This document shows, piece by piece, positions 11,474 to 21,879 of a DNA stretch of 64,000 nucleotides. Each line of letters begins with the position of its first letter. Position 1 is the first letter of the stretch. The stretch is from contig CAXYUZ010000011.1 in the NCBI GenBank assembly GCA_964292275.1, positions 13,575 through 77,574 of the forward strand. The letters run 5' to 3'. A program made the position numbers and the translations under genes. This stretch comes from an uncultured Desulfuromonadaceae bacterium. Lineage in GTDB: Bacteria > Desulfobacterota > Desulfuromonadia > Geobacterales > Pseudopelobacteraceae. Under the pieces are notes generated by a model. The model was not told the origin of the DNA. It made no database searches and saw nothing but the letters and a program-made list of their open reading frames with translations.

Positions 11474-12559
11474 TCACCCGGAAAATTTGGATATTTCAAA
11501 ACCAATCTGCCCCAGCGGCAGAACAACATCGGCAACGCCTCCATCAACACAGGCCTTGGGCATGCCATAAATAGTAGAGGTCGCTTCATCCTGAACAATC
11601 GTCACGCCACCCTTCCCCTTCAACTGCTGCATCCCCTTGAAACCATCATTGCCCATACCGGTCAGAATCACACCCAGCATGGAACCATTGGTGGCCTCGG
11701 CCATACTGGACATAAGCAGATCCACAGACGGAATATAAACATACTGAGGGTATTCGCTGATTGGACTAACCTTGACAACAACCGTATTGCCACGTTTAAC
11801 CAGCGACGTATGCATTCCGCCTGGTGCAACCAGTGCCAACCCTGGTTTTAAAACATCACCGTCAACCGCCTCACGAATAGTCATTGAACATTTTGCATTC
11901 AAACGCTCTGCATATGGGCCGGTAAAGGCCTTGGGCATATGGATCCCAACAATAATGCCATAAGGGAAATTGACCGGAATCCTGGACAGAACCTCTTGCA
12001 ATGCAACTGGTCCCCCCGTTGATGCGCCAATACCAACATAGTTTATTCTTTTACCGGCCAGCTTGGAGTTAATTGCCCGCTGAGTGGATGGGGCAGCAAC
12101 CGCCGGCCTTGGAGCCGATGAAACAACCGGCCTGCTGATCCTGGAGCGAATCGCCTCCTTGACCTTACGAACCAGTTCAACACGAAAGATATTCTGTGCC
12201 TCGGAAGAATCGGTAACATTTTTGGGAATATAATCGATTGCACCTGCCTCAAGGGCCTCAAATGTCGAACGGGCACCCTCATTGGTCAGTGTCGAGACCA
12301 TGATAACCTTGGTTGGCGCCTTGACCATAATCTGACGCAACGCCGCAATGCCATCCATTTTAGGCATTTCAACATCCATTGTTATCAAGTCAGGTTTTAG
12401 GGCAACCGCCTTTTCAACCCCCTCAACACCATCGGCCGCAACACCGACAATATCTATATCTGTTTCCTTTGAAAGAATACTGCGTATCGCCATTCTCATA
12501 AAAGATGAGTCATCTACTATAAGAACGCGTGTTTTTCCAGTCTGGGTAGGAAGCATCAT
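11474..12559 (-). CDS. cheB: Chemotaxis response regulator protein-glutamate methylesterase CheB
   Basis: N-terminal receiver (VLIVDDSSFMR...DLITMDVEMPKMDG) and C-terminal methylesterase domain. Confidence 0.9.
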   Translation of the reverse strand: MMLPTQTGKTRVLIVDDSSFMRMAIRSILSKETDIDIVGVAADGVEGVEKAVALKPDLITMDVEMPKMDGIAALRQIMVKAPTKVIMVSTLTNEGARSTFEALEAGAIDYIPKNVTDSSEAQNIFRVELVRKVKEAIRSRISRPVVSSAPRPAVAAPSTQRAINSKLAGKRINYVGIGASTGGPVALQEVLSRIPVNFPYGIIVGIHMPKAFTGPYAERLNAKCSMTIREAVDGDVLKPGLALVAPGGMHTSLVKRGNTVVVKVSPISEYPQYVYIPSVDLLMSSMAEATNGSMLGVILTGMGNDGFKGMQQLKGKGGVTIVQDEATSTIYGMPKACVDGGVADVVLPLGQIGFEISKFSG

Positions 12560-12597
12560 ATCCGCCTGTGATTTAGTAAACCCTGTCCGGGCAGAAA

Positions 12598-13488
12598 CTA
12601 TTTACTGAAAATGGAACTGACCAACTCCTTGACATCCGGAATGGCATCGTCAAGTTCATAGCAGAAACGTTCCACATCCATATCTGCAAGGTCAGGGGAT
12701 TTGGCCTTGAGGATATTCCAGGCCTCCTCTTCAACGAGATTGAAGCTGACCCACTCCCTGCCGCCGTAGTCAAGGCCACGAACGGTGCAGAAAAGATCCG
12801 ACAGATTCACAATTGCGCACAGAACAGGATCAATGGTTGCCTCAGCCGGTTTATGATGCGAGGCAATTACCTCGATATAGGCCTCTGGAAAGTTCCATTT
12901 TCTTGCCATGCACTGCCCGATTTCGCAATGGCTGGTACCGAACTGTTCAATCTCTGCATCGCGGAGAGAACTATTCTTGCCCTTGATTGAATCAAGCACC
13001 TGCTTGAATTCTTCGGCCTTGTAATTACTCAGGAATACAACGCCAAGGTTATGAATGATGCCGCTGATATATGCCTTCTCAAGATCCTGATAGCCCACCT
13101 TTCTGGCAATAATCTTGGAAACCATGCCAACCCCGAAGGCATGCTCCCAAAAAGCACTCATCTCGAATGCCCCGGTATCATTCTCAAAAGCACTGATGAA
13201 TGAGGTGGTCAGCGCAACCTCGCGTATATGACGAAGGCCAAGGTATATCAGGGCCAATTTCAACGATGTTATCTCGTGTGATGGCTTATAAACTGGTGAA
13301 TTAAGCATCTTCATCACCCGGGCAGTCATAACCTGATCCGAAAGCATCAAATCAGCTACCTGCTCAATACTGACATCAGGCTGATCAAGAAGTTGCAATA
13401 CCTGAGTTGCAACAGCCGGAATCGTAGGCAGATCCTCTATCTTGTCTACAAGCTGTTCTGCCTTTTCAATCAATGCACTCTTATCCAT
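12598..13488 (-). CDS. HDOD domain signalling protein within the che operon
   Basis: 296 aa. HDOD-type N-terminus (LPTIPAVATQVLQLLDQPDVSIEQVADLMLSDQVMTARVMKMLNSPVY). Confidence 0.75.
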   Translation of the reverse strand: MDKSALIEKAEQLVDKIEDLPTIPAVATQVLQLLDQPDVSIEQVADLMLSDQVMTARVMKMLNSPVYKPSHEITSLKLALIYLGLRHIREVALTTSFISAFENDTGAFEMSAFWEHAFGVGMVSKIIARKVGYQDLEKAYISGIIHNLGVVFLSNYKAEEFKQVLDSIKGKNSSLRDAEIEQFGTSHCEIGQCMARKWNFPEAYIEVIASHHKPAEATIDPVLCAIVNLSDLFCTVRGLDYGGREWVSFNLVEEEAWNILKAKSPDLADMDVERFCYELDDAIPDVKELVSSIFSK

Positions 13489-13504
13489 ATATCAACCTTT
13501 CAGA

Positions 13505-14332
13505 TTATTTTTTATAGGTAAAGCCGCCTGGAAAATGAACTGTCTTGAATTTGTCATTTACACCATGCAGAGACTCGGATTGGCCGACAAAGAAATATCC
13601 ATAGGGCTGAAGATTGTTATAAAAATGTTGTACAACTTTGGATTTTGATGCGGTATCAAAATAGATCAGAACATTTGCACAAAAGATAATGTCAAATGTC
13701 TTCATAAAGATCATCTTGTTATCATCGTAAAGGTTCAGCTTGTTAAATGTGACAAACTTTTTGACCTCTGGAGACAGGATGAATTTACCATTGTCCTCAC
13801 GAATATACTTACGCTTATAGACATCCGGTATGTTGCGAACGGAGTAGGCGTTATAAACCCCTTCCTTTGCCTGTGCCACAACCGTCTCGTTGATATCCGT
13901 ACCAACAATTTCTATGATCCAATCCTTGAGAAGCGTAGCCCTCTTTTCCTGCAGGATCATCGCCATGGTATAGGCCTCTTCACCAGACGACGAGGCAGCA
14001 CTCCAGATCCTTAATTTTTTAAAACCCATTTTGCTTTTTATATCAACGATCTCGGGTAGAATACGATTTTCAAGTGCATTCAACTGTGGAACATTTCTGA
14101 AGAAATAGGTTTCATTGGTCGTAATTTCATCCATCAGATACTTCAGCTCATCACTACCACGTGAAGACTTGAGAAGCTGATAATAATCCAGATGTGTCTT
14201 GGTGCCGGTTGCATCCATTCTGCGTGAAAGCCGGCTTTCAAGAAAATATTTTTTGGTTGTATGAAAATACATACCACATATATTATAGATAAAATCACGT
14301 AACAGTTCAAAATCCTTGTCTGATATCGCCAC
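13505..14332 (-). CDS. cheR: Chemotaxis protein methyltransferase CheR
   Basis: 275 aa. SAM-dependent MTase fold with a CheR N-terminal domain. Sits between cheA and cheB. Confidence 0.85.
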   Translation of the reverse strand: MAISDKDFELLRDFIYNICGMYFHTTKKYFLESRLSRRMDATGTKTHLDYYQLLKSSRGSDELKYLMDEITTNETYFFRNVPQLNALENRILPEIVDIKSKMGFKKLRIWSAASSSGEEAYTMAMILQEKRATLLKDWIIEIVGTDINETVVAQAKEGVYNAYSVRNIPDVYKRKYIREDNGKFILSPEVKKFVTFNKLNLYDDNKMIFMKTFDIIFCANVLIYFDTASKSKVVQHFYNNLQPYGYFFVGQSESLHGVNDKFKTVHFPGGFTYKK

Positions 14333-14425
14333 GTTCTATCCCTTCACTTCAATTGGTTTAATTTGTATTTTCGTCACGTCCAGGGGTGTTAAAGCGGTAT
14401 TTGATACACCATCACCCCCAACATG

Positions 14426-16246
14426 TCAACGGACAGAACCGCTATCACCATCTTCAACAAGGCCGATCGGATCAATAATCAAGGCAACACGGCCATCCCC
14501 AAGGATCGTTGAACCGGCAATTCCAGGGATATTAGCCAGATAATTGCCAAGTGACTTGATTGCAACCTCCTGCTGTCCGACAAGCCGTGTCACGACTAAC
14601 CCCATCCGTTTATCAGCACTGCCAACAACAACCACATAGCAAAAATCATCCGGTTCACTATTCCGTTGAACCCTGAAAACTGTTTCCAGACGTACAAGCG
14701 GCAGCACCATATCACGCAACTTAAGCACCTCTTGGCCGCCGATTATATGGAATTGACGCTGATCAACCCGTAATGTTTCCAGTACTGATGACAGGGGAAT
14801 TGAATAGATTTCACCCTCAACCTCTACCAGCAGTGATTGAATGATTGCCAATGTCAAGGGGAGGCGCAGGATAAATTCTGACCCCAGCCCTTTCTCACTC
14901 TTGATCTCAATCAGACCGTTAAGCTTTTTGATATTGGTTTTGACAACGTCCATGCCAACGCCACGGCCGGAGAGATCGTTGGCCTTATCCTTGGTGGAGA
15001 AACCGGGCAGGAAGATCAGGTCGAACAGTTCACGCTGGCTCATACCGGCCAACTGTTCCTCTGTGACAAGCCCCTTTTCAAGGGCCTTACGACCAACCCT
15101 GTCAGTATCTATACCATTACCATCATCCTTGATACTGATAATGATCTGGTTGCCTTCGTGAACCGCGGCAAGGATCAACGTGCCCCCCCGGGGTTTACCG
15201 GCGGCCATACGCACTTCAGGGGTCTCCAGTCCATGATCCATTGCATTGCGGATCAGGTGGATCAACGGATCACCGATTTCATCGACAACCGAGCGGTCCA
15301 ACTCGGTCTCCTCGCCAAAGATCTGCAAATCAACCTCTTTGCCAAGATCCCGGGCCATACTGCGAACAATACGCGGGAATTTTTTAAAGACCTTCTCGAC
15401 CGGGAGCATGCGCATCTTCAGAACCTGCATCTGCAGTTCCGAAGTCACAAAATTCATCCGCTTGGTAAGCTTGCCGAATTCATCATTGAAATCGAGATTA
15501 TTGGCATAACCCTGCTGCAAATTCTGATTAATCTGAATCATGCGATTTCGCTCAAGGACAAGCTCGCCAACCTGATTCATCAGGTCATCGAGACGCTTGA
15601 CATCAACACGCACGGTTGTGTTATCGGACAGATCGTCACCCTTACCTTCAGCTGGCTTGGGCGGCGTTGGACTCTTTTTGGGGACAACATCACCGGCACT
15701 CTTCTGCGGAATTGTAGCCGGAACAGGTTCATTAACCGGTGTTGAAGCGGTCTCTTCTGCCTTGGCCGAAGCTGGTTCAACAACCTCTTCACCCGGCGTC
15801 TGGGACTCGGCAACCGCCTCAACCGGTTGCGCTGGCTGAGGCGCAACAACTGATTCCGTCAATAAGGGCAACAACTTGGCAATTGTACCATCAATCTCGC
15901 GTTCCTGGATGTCACCGGCCTTGATATCACTGACCAGAACCTTGACCAGATCCGTAGCTTCAAGAATAACGTCCATTATCTCAGGAGTGACAAACAACTC
16001 CCCCTTGCGCAGACGATTCAGGACATCCTCTGTCTTATGTGTAACCCGGACGAGAAGATCAAAACCAAGGAAACTGGAAGCACCCTTTACCGTGTGAATG
16101 GATCTGAATATACGGTTAAGTAGATCGGCATCATCCGAACTTTTCTCCAGGGCAATCAAATCATCATCAAGCTTTTCGAGCAACTCGGCTGTTTCGGCAA
16201 GAAAGCCTTCCAAAAGTTCCTGATCTTCACAATCTATCGGCGACAT
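14426..16246 (-). CDS. cheA: Chemotaxis histidine kinase CheA
   Basis: 606 aa. HPt domain (SIHTVKGASSFLGF), HATPase_c, and a C-terminal CheW-like domain. Confidence 0.9.
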   Translation of the reverse strand: MSPIDCEDQELLEGFLAETAELLEKLDDDLIALEKSSDDADLLNRIFRSIHTVKGASSFLGFDLLVRVTHKTEDVLNRLRKGELFVTPEIMDVILEATDLVKVLVSDIKAGDIQEREIDGTIAKLLPLLTESVVAPQPAQPVEAVAESQTPGEEVVEPASAKAEETASTPVNEPVPATIPQKSAGDVVPKKSPTPPKPAEGKGDDLSDNTTVRVDVKRLDDLMNQVGELVLERNRMIQINQNLQQGYANNLDFNDEFGKLTKRMNFVTSELQMQVLKMRMLPVEKVFKKFPRIVRSMARDLGKEVDLQIFGEETELDRSVVDEIGDPLIHLIRNAMDHGLETPEVRMAAGKPRGGTLILAAVHEGNQIIISIKDDGNGIDTDRVGRKALEKGLVTEEQLAGMSQRELFDLIFLPGFSTKDKANDLSGRGVGMDVVKTNIKKLNGLIEIKSEKGLGSEFILRLPLTLAIIQSLLVEVEGEIYSIPLSSVLETLRVDQRQFHIIGGQEVLKLRDMVLPLVRLETVFRVQRNSEPDDFCYVVVVGSADKRMGLVVTRLVGQQEVAIKSLGNYLANIPGIAGSTILGDGRVALIIDPIGLVEDGDSGSVR

Positions 16247-16283
16247 TTATACTCTCCTTGAAGACAACTGAATGAAGTCAGAA

Positions 16284-16780
16284 TTAAAGTGAGCCAAACA
16301 GACTTTTTTCCTCGCCGGAAAACATCTTCTCAAGGTCGAGCAAAACAAGCAGCCTGTTGGCCTGATTGATAACACCGGCAATACATTCCTGGTCAATTCC
16401 GGTCGCTACGACTGCCGGTGAAGGCTGAATCTCGCTGCCAGATATGCGAATAACCTCGGAAACGGCATCAACGGTAAATCCCATCAACTCACCATCAACA
16501 TCCATAACCATAATCCGCGTCTGCATATCGTTTTCAGACTCCATGAGGCCAAATTTCTTACGCATGCAGATAATTGGAATAACCTTGCCGCGCAGATTAA
16601 TAACACCATCAACATAATGAGGTGTATTAGGCACACGGGTAACCACCGGCATGCGAATGATTTCACGAACCTTCAGCACGTCAACACCGTACTCTTCTTT
16701 ATCAAGATTAAAACTGACAAGTTGAATCAGTTCACTACGGGATTCATCCGATTTTACAGCCACTAATGCATTACTCATCT
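16284..16780 (-). CDS. cheW: Chemotaxis coupling protein CheW
   Basis: CheW domain. Start taken at the internal Met (MSNALVAV) preceded by GAGGGGG. The track start 16835 adds 18 aa. Confidence 0.85.
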
Positions 16781-17109
16781 TCACACCCCCTCTGTAATTA
16801 TACCTGATGAATCCTTGCTTCCGCAGGCAAATCAAAACAACTTTTCACTCTTGAATCTAACATGTAAAAAACACATTATCAAGCCGGTTAGTCAGTTTAT
16901 ACAACCCCATCCACAATAGCCCGATTATATGTTTCATTTTTCATGAATTTTCTATTTCAAACATCCAACCCCTCCACGCTAAACCAGAGTTGCAAACAGA
17001 ATAAATTTACCACCAACAGGGCAAAAGTCACGTCCAGTCATTTTCTTGACTTTTGATTTTTATCACTATAATATTTAACACTAAACAAAACTCTCCACAT
17101 CGGATATAT

Positions 17110-18504
17110 ATGCAAAAATTCAGTCCCATTCTCATAATCGACAGCGAAACCAAAAGTCGTGACCTGATATCGGCTTTTTTGACATATCAAGGTTTCAACA
17201 CCATTACAAAAACTGAGAATGAATCTGTTTTCGATATTTTAAACGAACAGCAGCCTGCGATCATCATTGCAAAACTGTCAGATCTGGACAACATATCCAG
17301 TCAGTTCTGTACAGAGGCAAAAAAAATCAATCCATCGCTTATCCTGATCTGTTACGGCCAAAAAGACAAACTCCCACTTCAAAACCGGGAAACAGAAAAT
17401 ATCTTCCATGTTTCACAACCACTTAACCTTGATGAACTGGAAAGCATTGTAATGCGCGCCCGCGAACAGCAGACCATAAAACAACAGGAGGAACAGGCAA
17501 ACGGTGTCAAAAAACCACATGCCCTGTTCTCCAAGATCATCGGCAAAAGCAAACCAATGTTTGATCTCTTTGAGATCATCGAGAAGGTTGCGGAATCCAA
17601 TGCAACGGTACTAATCCAGGGTGAATCAGGGACTGGCAAGGAACTTGCAGCAAGAGCAATACACCAACTGAGCGAAAGAAACGGCAAAAACTTCATACCG
17701 GTCAACTGTGCCGCCATTCCAGACGACCTTTTGGAGAGCGAACTTTTCGGCCACGTCAAGGGTTCATTCACCGGGGCCTACGCCAATCGCGCCGGACGAT
17801 TCGAAATGGCTGACAAGGGGACCCTGTTTCTGGATGAGATCGGGGATATGAAAGCCAATCTTCAGGTAAAATTGCTGCGTGTCTTGCAAAATCGCGAAAT
17901 CGAACCGGTTGGGTCAACTAAATCCCAAAAGGTTGATGTCAGGATTATTGCCGCCACCAACAAAAATCTGGAAGAGATGGTCGCATCCAAGGATTTCAGG
18001 GAGGATCTCTACTACCGTCTCTCTGTCATTCCGATCACAATTCCGCCGCTCCGGGAGAGAAAGGACGACATCCCGCTTCTGATCAACAACTTTCTGACAC
18101 TCTTCAACAGCGACAGAAGACATGCCGTCAAAGGATTTTCACAAGAAGCACTGGATATTCTCAGCAACTACGACTGGCCCGGCAATGTCCGGGAATTGGA
18201 AAATCTTGTCGAACGCCTGGTGATCCTTAAAAACAGCGGATTCATAACACCTGACGATCTGCCGGAAAAATACATGCCGGCACGCCCCCAGGTCCAGTTG
18301 GCACTTGCCAGCAGTACGGATCCGTTACCGGATGAGGGTATCTGTCTCAACTCTGCCGTCGAACAGTTTGAAAACAGACTGATTCAGCAGGCGTTGACCA
18401 GAACCGGAGGCAACAAAAAAGAAGCCGCTTCATTGCTGAATCTGAAGAGAACAACCCTGATTGAGAAACTAAAGAAGAAAAACCTGACGTTTAACGACGA
18501 CTAG
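17110..18504 (+). CDS. Sigma-54-dependent Fis-family transcriptional activator with degenerate receiver domain (FleQ/FlrA-like)
   Basis: AAA+ sigma54-interaction domain ([21 protein letters not shown]-like GSFTGA) and a C-terminal HTH. The N-terminal REC-like domain lacks the phospho-acceptor Asp (AIIIAK) and the conserved Thr/Lys. Start taken at the Met after the AT-rich leader. Confidence 0.8.
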   Translation: MQKFSPILIIDSETKSRDLISAFLTYQGFNTITKTENESVFDILNEQQPAIIIAKLSDLDNISSQFCTEAKKINPSLILICYGQKDKLPLQNRETENIFHVSQPLNLDELESIVMRAREQQTIKQQEEQANGVKKPHALFSKIIGKSKPMFDLFEIIEKVAESNATVLIQGESGTGKELAARAIHQLSERNGKNFIPVNCAAIPDDLLESELFGHVKGSFTGAYANRAGRFEMADKGTLFLDEIGDMKANLQVKLLRVLQNREIEPVGSTKSQKVDVRIIAATNKNLEEMVASKDFREDLYYRLSVIPITIPPLRERKDDIPLLINNFLTLFNSDRRHAVKGFSQEALDILSNYDWPGNVRELENLVERLVILKNSGFITPDDLPEKYMPARPQVQLALASSTDPLPDEGICLNSAVEQFENRLIQQALTRTGGNKKEAASLLNLKRTTLIEKLKKKNLTFNDD

Positions 18505-18512
18505 GAGTTACC

Positions 18513-19343
18513 ATGTCAATCGGCGTCAACGAAAACAGTGCCATCCTCTCTGAGTTACTGGTCAAAGAACCGGCAGAGCCGTCAAAAATCCGTCAACAAG
18601 ATGGATCAGGCGACCTATTTGCAGGAAAGCTCGACTCGGCAATCACCAACAGTGCTCAAAACAGTGCCGCCAGTCAGGATTCTGCCCGCGCACTGGCCGA
18701 GGTTCTGAGACTGCAGATGCTTCACTCCACCATCTCTCTGGCTGGAGACACACCACAGGCCAGTACCATTCCACCTATGTTGAACCGCCAGTCAGCCGCT
18801 ATGCAGTCATTGATCAAGGCCTACAGCGACAATCTGCCTGAGACTGAAAAAGCTGTTACACCTGGCGCTGCAATGCAGCCACTACCCGAAATCAATGACA
18901 CTTCCAAAGTCACAAAGGTGACAGCCGGACAGAGCAGTGCCACGGGGCAGTCCTACTCCCTGCAGGGCATTGACGCCATCATCGCCAAGGCGTCCAGCCG
19001 TTACGGCGTTGACGCCGGGCTTATCAAGGCCGTAATCAAGGCGGAGAGCAACTTCAATCCCAATGCCGTATCCCATGCCGGTGCACAGGGATTAATGCAG
19101 CTGATGCCAGGCACTGCCCGCGGACTAGGGGTTACAAACTCATTCGATCCCGAGCAGAATGTGATGGGTGGCACCCGTTTTCTCCGCGACATGTTGAAAC
19201 GTTATAACGGTGATGTCGACTCTGCCCTGGCAGCCTACAACTGGGGGCCGGGAAATGTTGACCGGCGACCGAACAACCTCCCACGCGAAACAAGAAACTA
19301 CCTTATCCGCGTCAAACAGCTCTACAATTCATATACAGCCTGA
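18513..19343 (+). CDS. Lytic transglycosylase (SLT) domain protein, possibly FlgJ-like
   Basis: SLT motif [23 protein letters not shown]...YNWGPG. The N-terminal region has weak rod-binding-like character. Confidence 0.7.
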   Translation: MSIGVNENSAILSELLVKEPAEPSKIRQQDGSGDLFAGKLDSAITNSAQNSAASQDSARALAEVLRLQMLHSTISLAGDTPQASTIPPMLNRQSAAMQSLIKAYSDNLPETEKAVTPGAAMQPLPEINDTSKVTKVTAGQSSATGQSYSLQGIDAIIAKASSRYGVDAGLIKAVIKAESNFNPNAVSHAGAQGLMQLMPGTARGLGVTNSFDPEQNVMGGTRFLRDMLKRYNGDVDSALAAYNWGPGNVDRRPNNLPRETRNYLIRVKQLYNSYTA

Positions 19344-19472
19344 ACAGGCATCACCGCCCCTCCTTTCCAGACAATCACCAATCCGGACAATCGAGCCGCT
19401 TGCAGTTGCACGATGAATATTTAATGCTATTCTCTAGACAAGGATCGTATTTCTATTTCAGGAGGGACAGCT

Positions 19473-19691
19473 ATGTACGGAGATGATCGGGTTTACAAGA
19501 AAATTGAGGTAATTGGAGTTTCAAAGGTCAGCATCGAAGCCGCCATTCAGACTGCCATTGCAAAGGCAAATACATCACTGGAAAAACTGTCATGGTTCGA
19601 GGTTCAGGATGTACGCGGTCATATCGGACCTGACGGAAAGGTCGCCGAATATCAGGTACTGCTCAAGGTGGCGTTTCAACTTAACGCCTGA
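19473..19691 (+). CDS. Dodecin family flavin-binding protein
   Basis: 72 aa. Pattern VYKKIEVIGVS..EAAIQTAI...LSWFEVQDVRGHI...EYQVLLKVAFQL matches the dodecin fold signature. Confidence 0.75.
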   Translation: MYGDDRVYKKIEVIGVSKVSIEAAIQTAIAKANTSLEKLSWFEVQDVRGHIGPDGKVAEYQVLLKVAFQLNA

Positions 19692-19713
19692 ACTGTCACA
19701 TAAATAACGATAA

Positions 19714-19750
19714 CAAGCGGGGCAGTCAATTCGGCTACCCCGCTTGCTTT
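19714..19750. terminator. Bidirectional rho-independent terminator
   Basis: Stem caagcgggg/ccccgcttg with a T-rich tail, between convergent dodecin and MBL genes. Confidence 0.7.
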
Positions 19751-19759
19751 GAAGCGCAA

Positions 19760-20665
19760 TCAGACACTCAGCCTTGTCCGTTCCTCGGCGGATAAGCCCT
19801 GAACATACTCCGCCATGCCGCGCAAGGTATTGCCGAAGAAATTTCGTTCTCTGGACTGAATATCAGCAGGAAGACAACCAAGATTTTTGAAGTTTTCATC
19901 CCTTTCCAGCAGCCAGGCCATCAGCCGTTCCCCGTCACCATCGGTCTCAGCAACACCCCTGACCCAGAGTTTAAGCTGACGCCGGGCAATTTCAAGATGT
20001 TCCAGCGCATTTTCAACCAGACCATAATGGGCAAACACCATCCTGGCCGGTGCAAGCGCAATCACCCGTTCAATCGACTCCAATGCCACCTCGAGCATGA
20101 ATTTTGGCGGGGTCGCCGGACGCATATAAATTTCACCATCAAGATCACAACGAACACCAGCCACCTCACCGGCAAACAGAAGATCGCCCAAAAGATAGCT
20201 ACAGTGATGCGGGGCATGACCAGGCGTAAAGATGGTGCGAATCCCGCTCTCGCCAACAAACTCTTCATAACAGATGTTCGCCTCCGGTACGGCAACAATT
20301 TCGCCATACGCCTCAGCCACCGCACCAAGCACCTTGCGGGAACCCTCCCACAGCTTTTGCGGCGCAACCATATGACGAATACCATCCGGATGACAGATGA
20401 CCTTTGCCCCGGGAAATTCCTGCAGCAGCGCACCGGTCCCGCCGGCGTGATCAATATGAATATGGGTCAACAGAATATAATCCAGCTGTTCAACGCCAAG
20501 CTGACGCAGAGTAGAGGCAAGTTTTGGAATAGTTGACAAAGGGCCGGGATCAACAACCAATGTCAAACCTTCATCACGATAAAGCCAGGAACTGATAAAC
20601 TTCCGAAACCCCTCCAGGGCAACCTGATCCAGGTCGATACATACAAGCCTGTTGCTCAATGGCAT
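19760..20665 (-). CDS. MBL-fold metallo-hydrolase
   Basis: HxHxDH motif (LLTHIHIDHAGG). Confidence 0.8.
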   Translation of the reverse strand: MPLSNRLVCIDLDQVALEGFRKFISSWLYRDEGLTLVVDPGPLSTIPKLASTLRQLGVEQLDYILLTHIHIDHAGGTGALLQEFPGAKVICHPDGIRHMVAPQKLWEGSRKVLGAVAEAYGEIVAVPEANICYEEFVGESGIRTIFTPGHAPHHCSYLLGDLLFAGEVAGVRCDLDGEIYMRPATPPKFMLEVALESIERVIALAPARMVFAHYGLVENALEHLEIARRQLKLWVRGVAETDGDGERLMAWLLERDENFKNLGCLPADIQSRERNFFGNTLRGMAEYVQGLSAEERTRLSV

Positions 20666-20948
20666 CTTCTCTCCTTAAACAAAAAATCATCCTTCACATT
20701 AGTCCTGCTCGAAAGTTGACAATTTCACCTGAAACAACTGTTTTTGTCAAGATTTCTACAGGATCTGTTCAGAACAAATTATGCATAGCACGCGGATTTA
20801 ACCGGGATTAGTCAGATTATTGACCTTTGAAAGCGGGGCAGTCTAACGAAGGTGTAGAAGCGTGACACGAGCCACGAATCCCCTGCTGACAAAAAAGGCC
20901 CTGCCCGCAATTGCAGACAAGGCCTTGAAACCGGTTACAGTCAGAAAA

Positions 20949-21686
20949 CTAAAGTTCTTTTTCCAACGCATCCGCCCGGTCGCCAGGGGCTGGATGACTG
21001 GAGAAAAGGCTCTTATCGTTACCGTACATCTTTTGCAGCTTACGCAGTGCACTGACAGCAGCCTTTGGATCGTAACCATTCTCTTTCATGAATTTAAGCG
21101 CATACATATCAGCGTCAAGCTCATTCGACTGTGAATACTGGGCATGAGCAAGCTTTTCAGCCAGATCGCCAAGGGCAGACTTCGACAATGCAGCAGCAGC
21201 TCCGCTGCCACTGGCAGCAGCACCTTTTTTCAAGGCAGATGTCGCATAGGCGGTCTGCAGGGCTCCCTTGCTGTGTCCAAGACTGACATGGCCGATTTCA
21301 TGACCGATTACATAACGAATCTCATCGTCTGTCATTACCTTCATCAATCCGGCAAAGACACGAACAGTACCGTCTGCCATGGCAAAAGCGTTAACTTCAC
21401 GCACAAGATAGACCTTGATATCAAGATCCAAACCATTTTCGCTCTTCATTCCCTTGGTAATCTTGGCAAGGCGGACCCCGTACTGATCCCTTTTCGACGC
21501 AACCTTATTCAGCTTGTCATATTCTTTTTTAGCGGCAGTTGCGACACTCTTGACCTCTTCATCGGAGAGTGTTGCCGCCTTGGCCGCATCCTTTCCGGCA
21601 TCAACCATACCACCGATATCCCATGCCTGCGCACTCTGGGCAAACATAACAGCAACAATCCCGGCCAACAAAAACCTCTTCAGCAT
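20949..21686 (-). CDS. M48 family metallopeptidase, secreted/lipoprotein (LoiP/YcaL-like)
   Basis: Signal peptide MLKRFLLAGIVAVMFAQSAQA. HExxH motif HEIGHVSLGH with a downstream E. Confidence 0.75.
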   Translation of the reverse strand: MLKRFLLAGIVAVMFAQSAQAWDIGGMVDAGKDAAKAATLSDEEVKSVATAAKKEYDKLNKVASKRDQYGVRLAKITKGMKSENGLDLDIKVYLVREVNAFAMADGTVRVFAGLMKVMTDDEIRYVIGHEIGHVSLGHSKGALQTAYATSALKKGAAASGSGAAAALSKSALGDLAEKLAHAQYSQSNELDADMYALKFMKENGYDPKAAVSALRKLQKMYGNDKSLFSSHPAPGDRADALEKEL

Positions 21687-21879
21687 CTAGTTTTCCCCCT
21701 GTTTCCCGTATAAACGGTTAATTCAAAAAAACATACATGAGTGTTTTCAAATAGTCAACAACGGATAAATAATTCTGGCTTGCATCGACACCTGTTTACG
21801 TGGCATAATTTAATGTTTTTACGGCCAGTATGGCCCGGCAAACAGATGAAATTTTAACATGACAAAACAGAGGAATTCC

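Noticed and set aside
21690-21879. Possible cobalamin riboswitch upstream of the cbiH-cobQ fusion
   Set aside because: Read the leader. No B12-box (AGYCMGGAAGRCCKGCC-like) or conserved GCCACTG core was seen, only a plausible sigma70 -10 (cataat).
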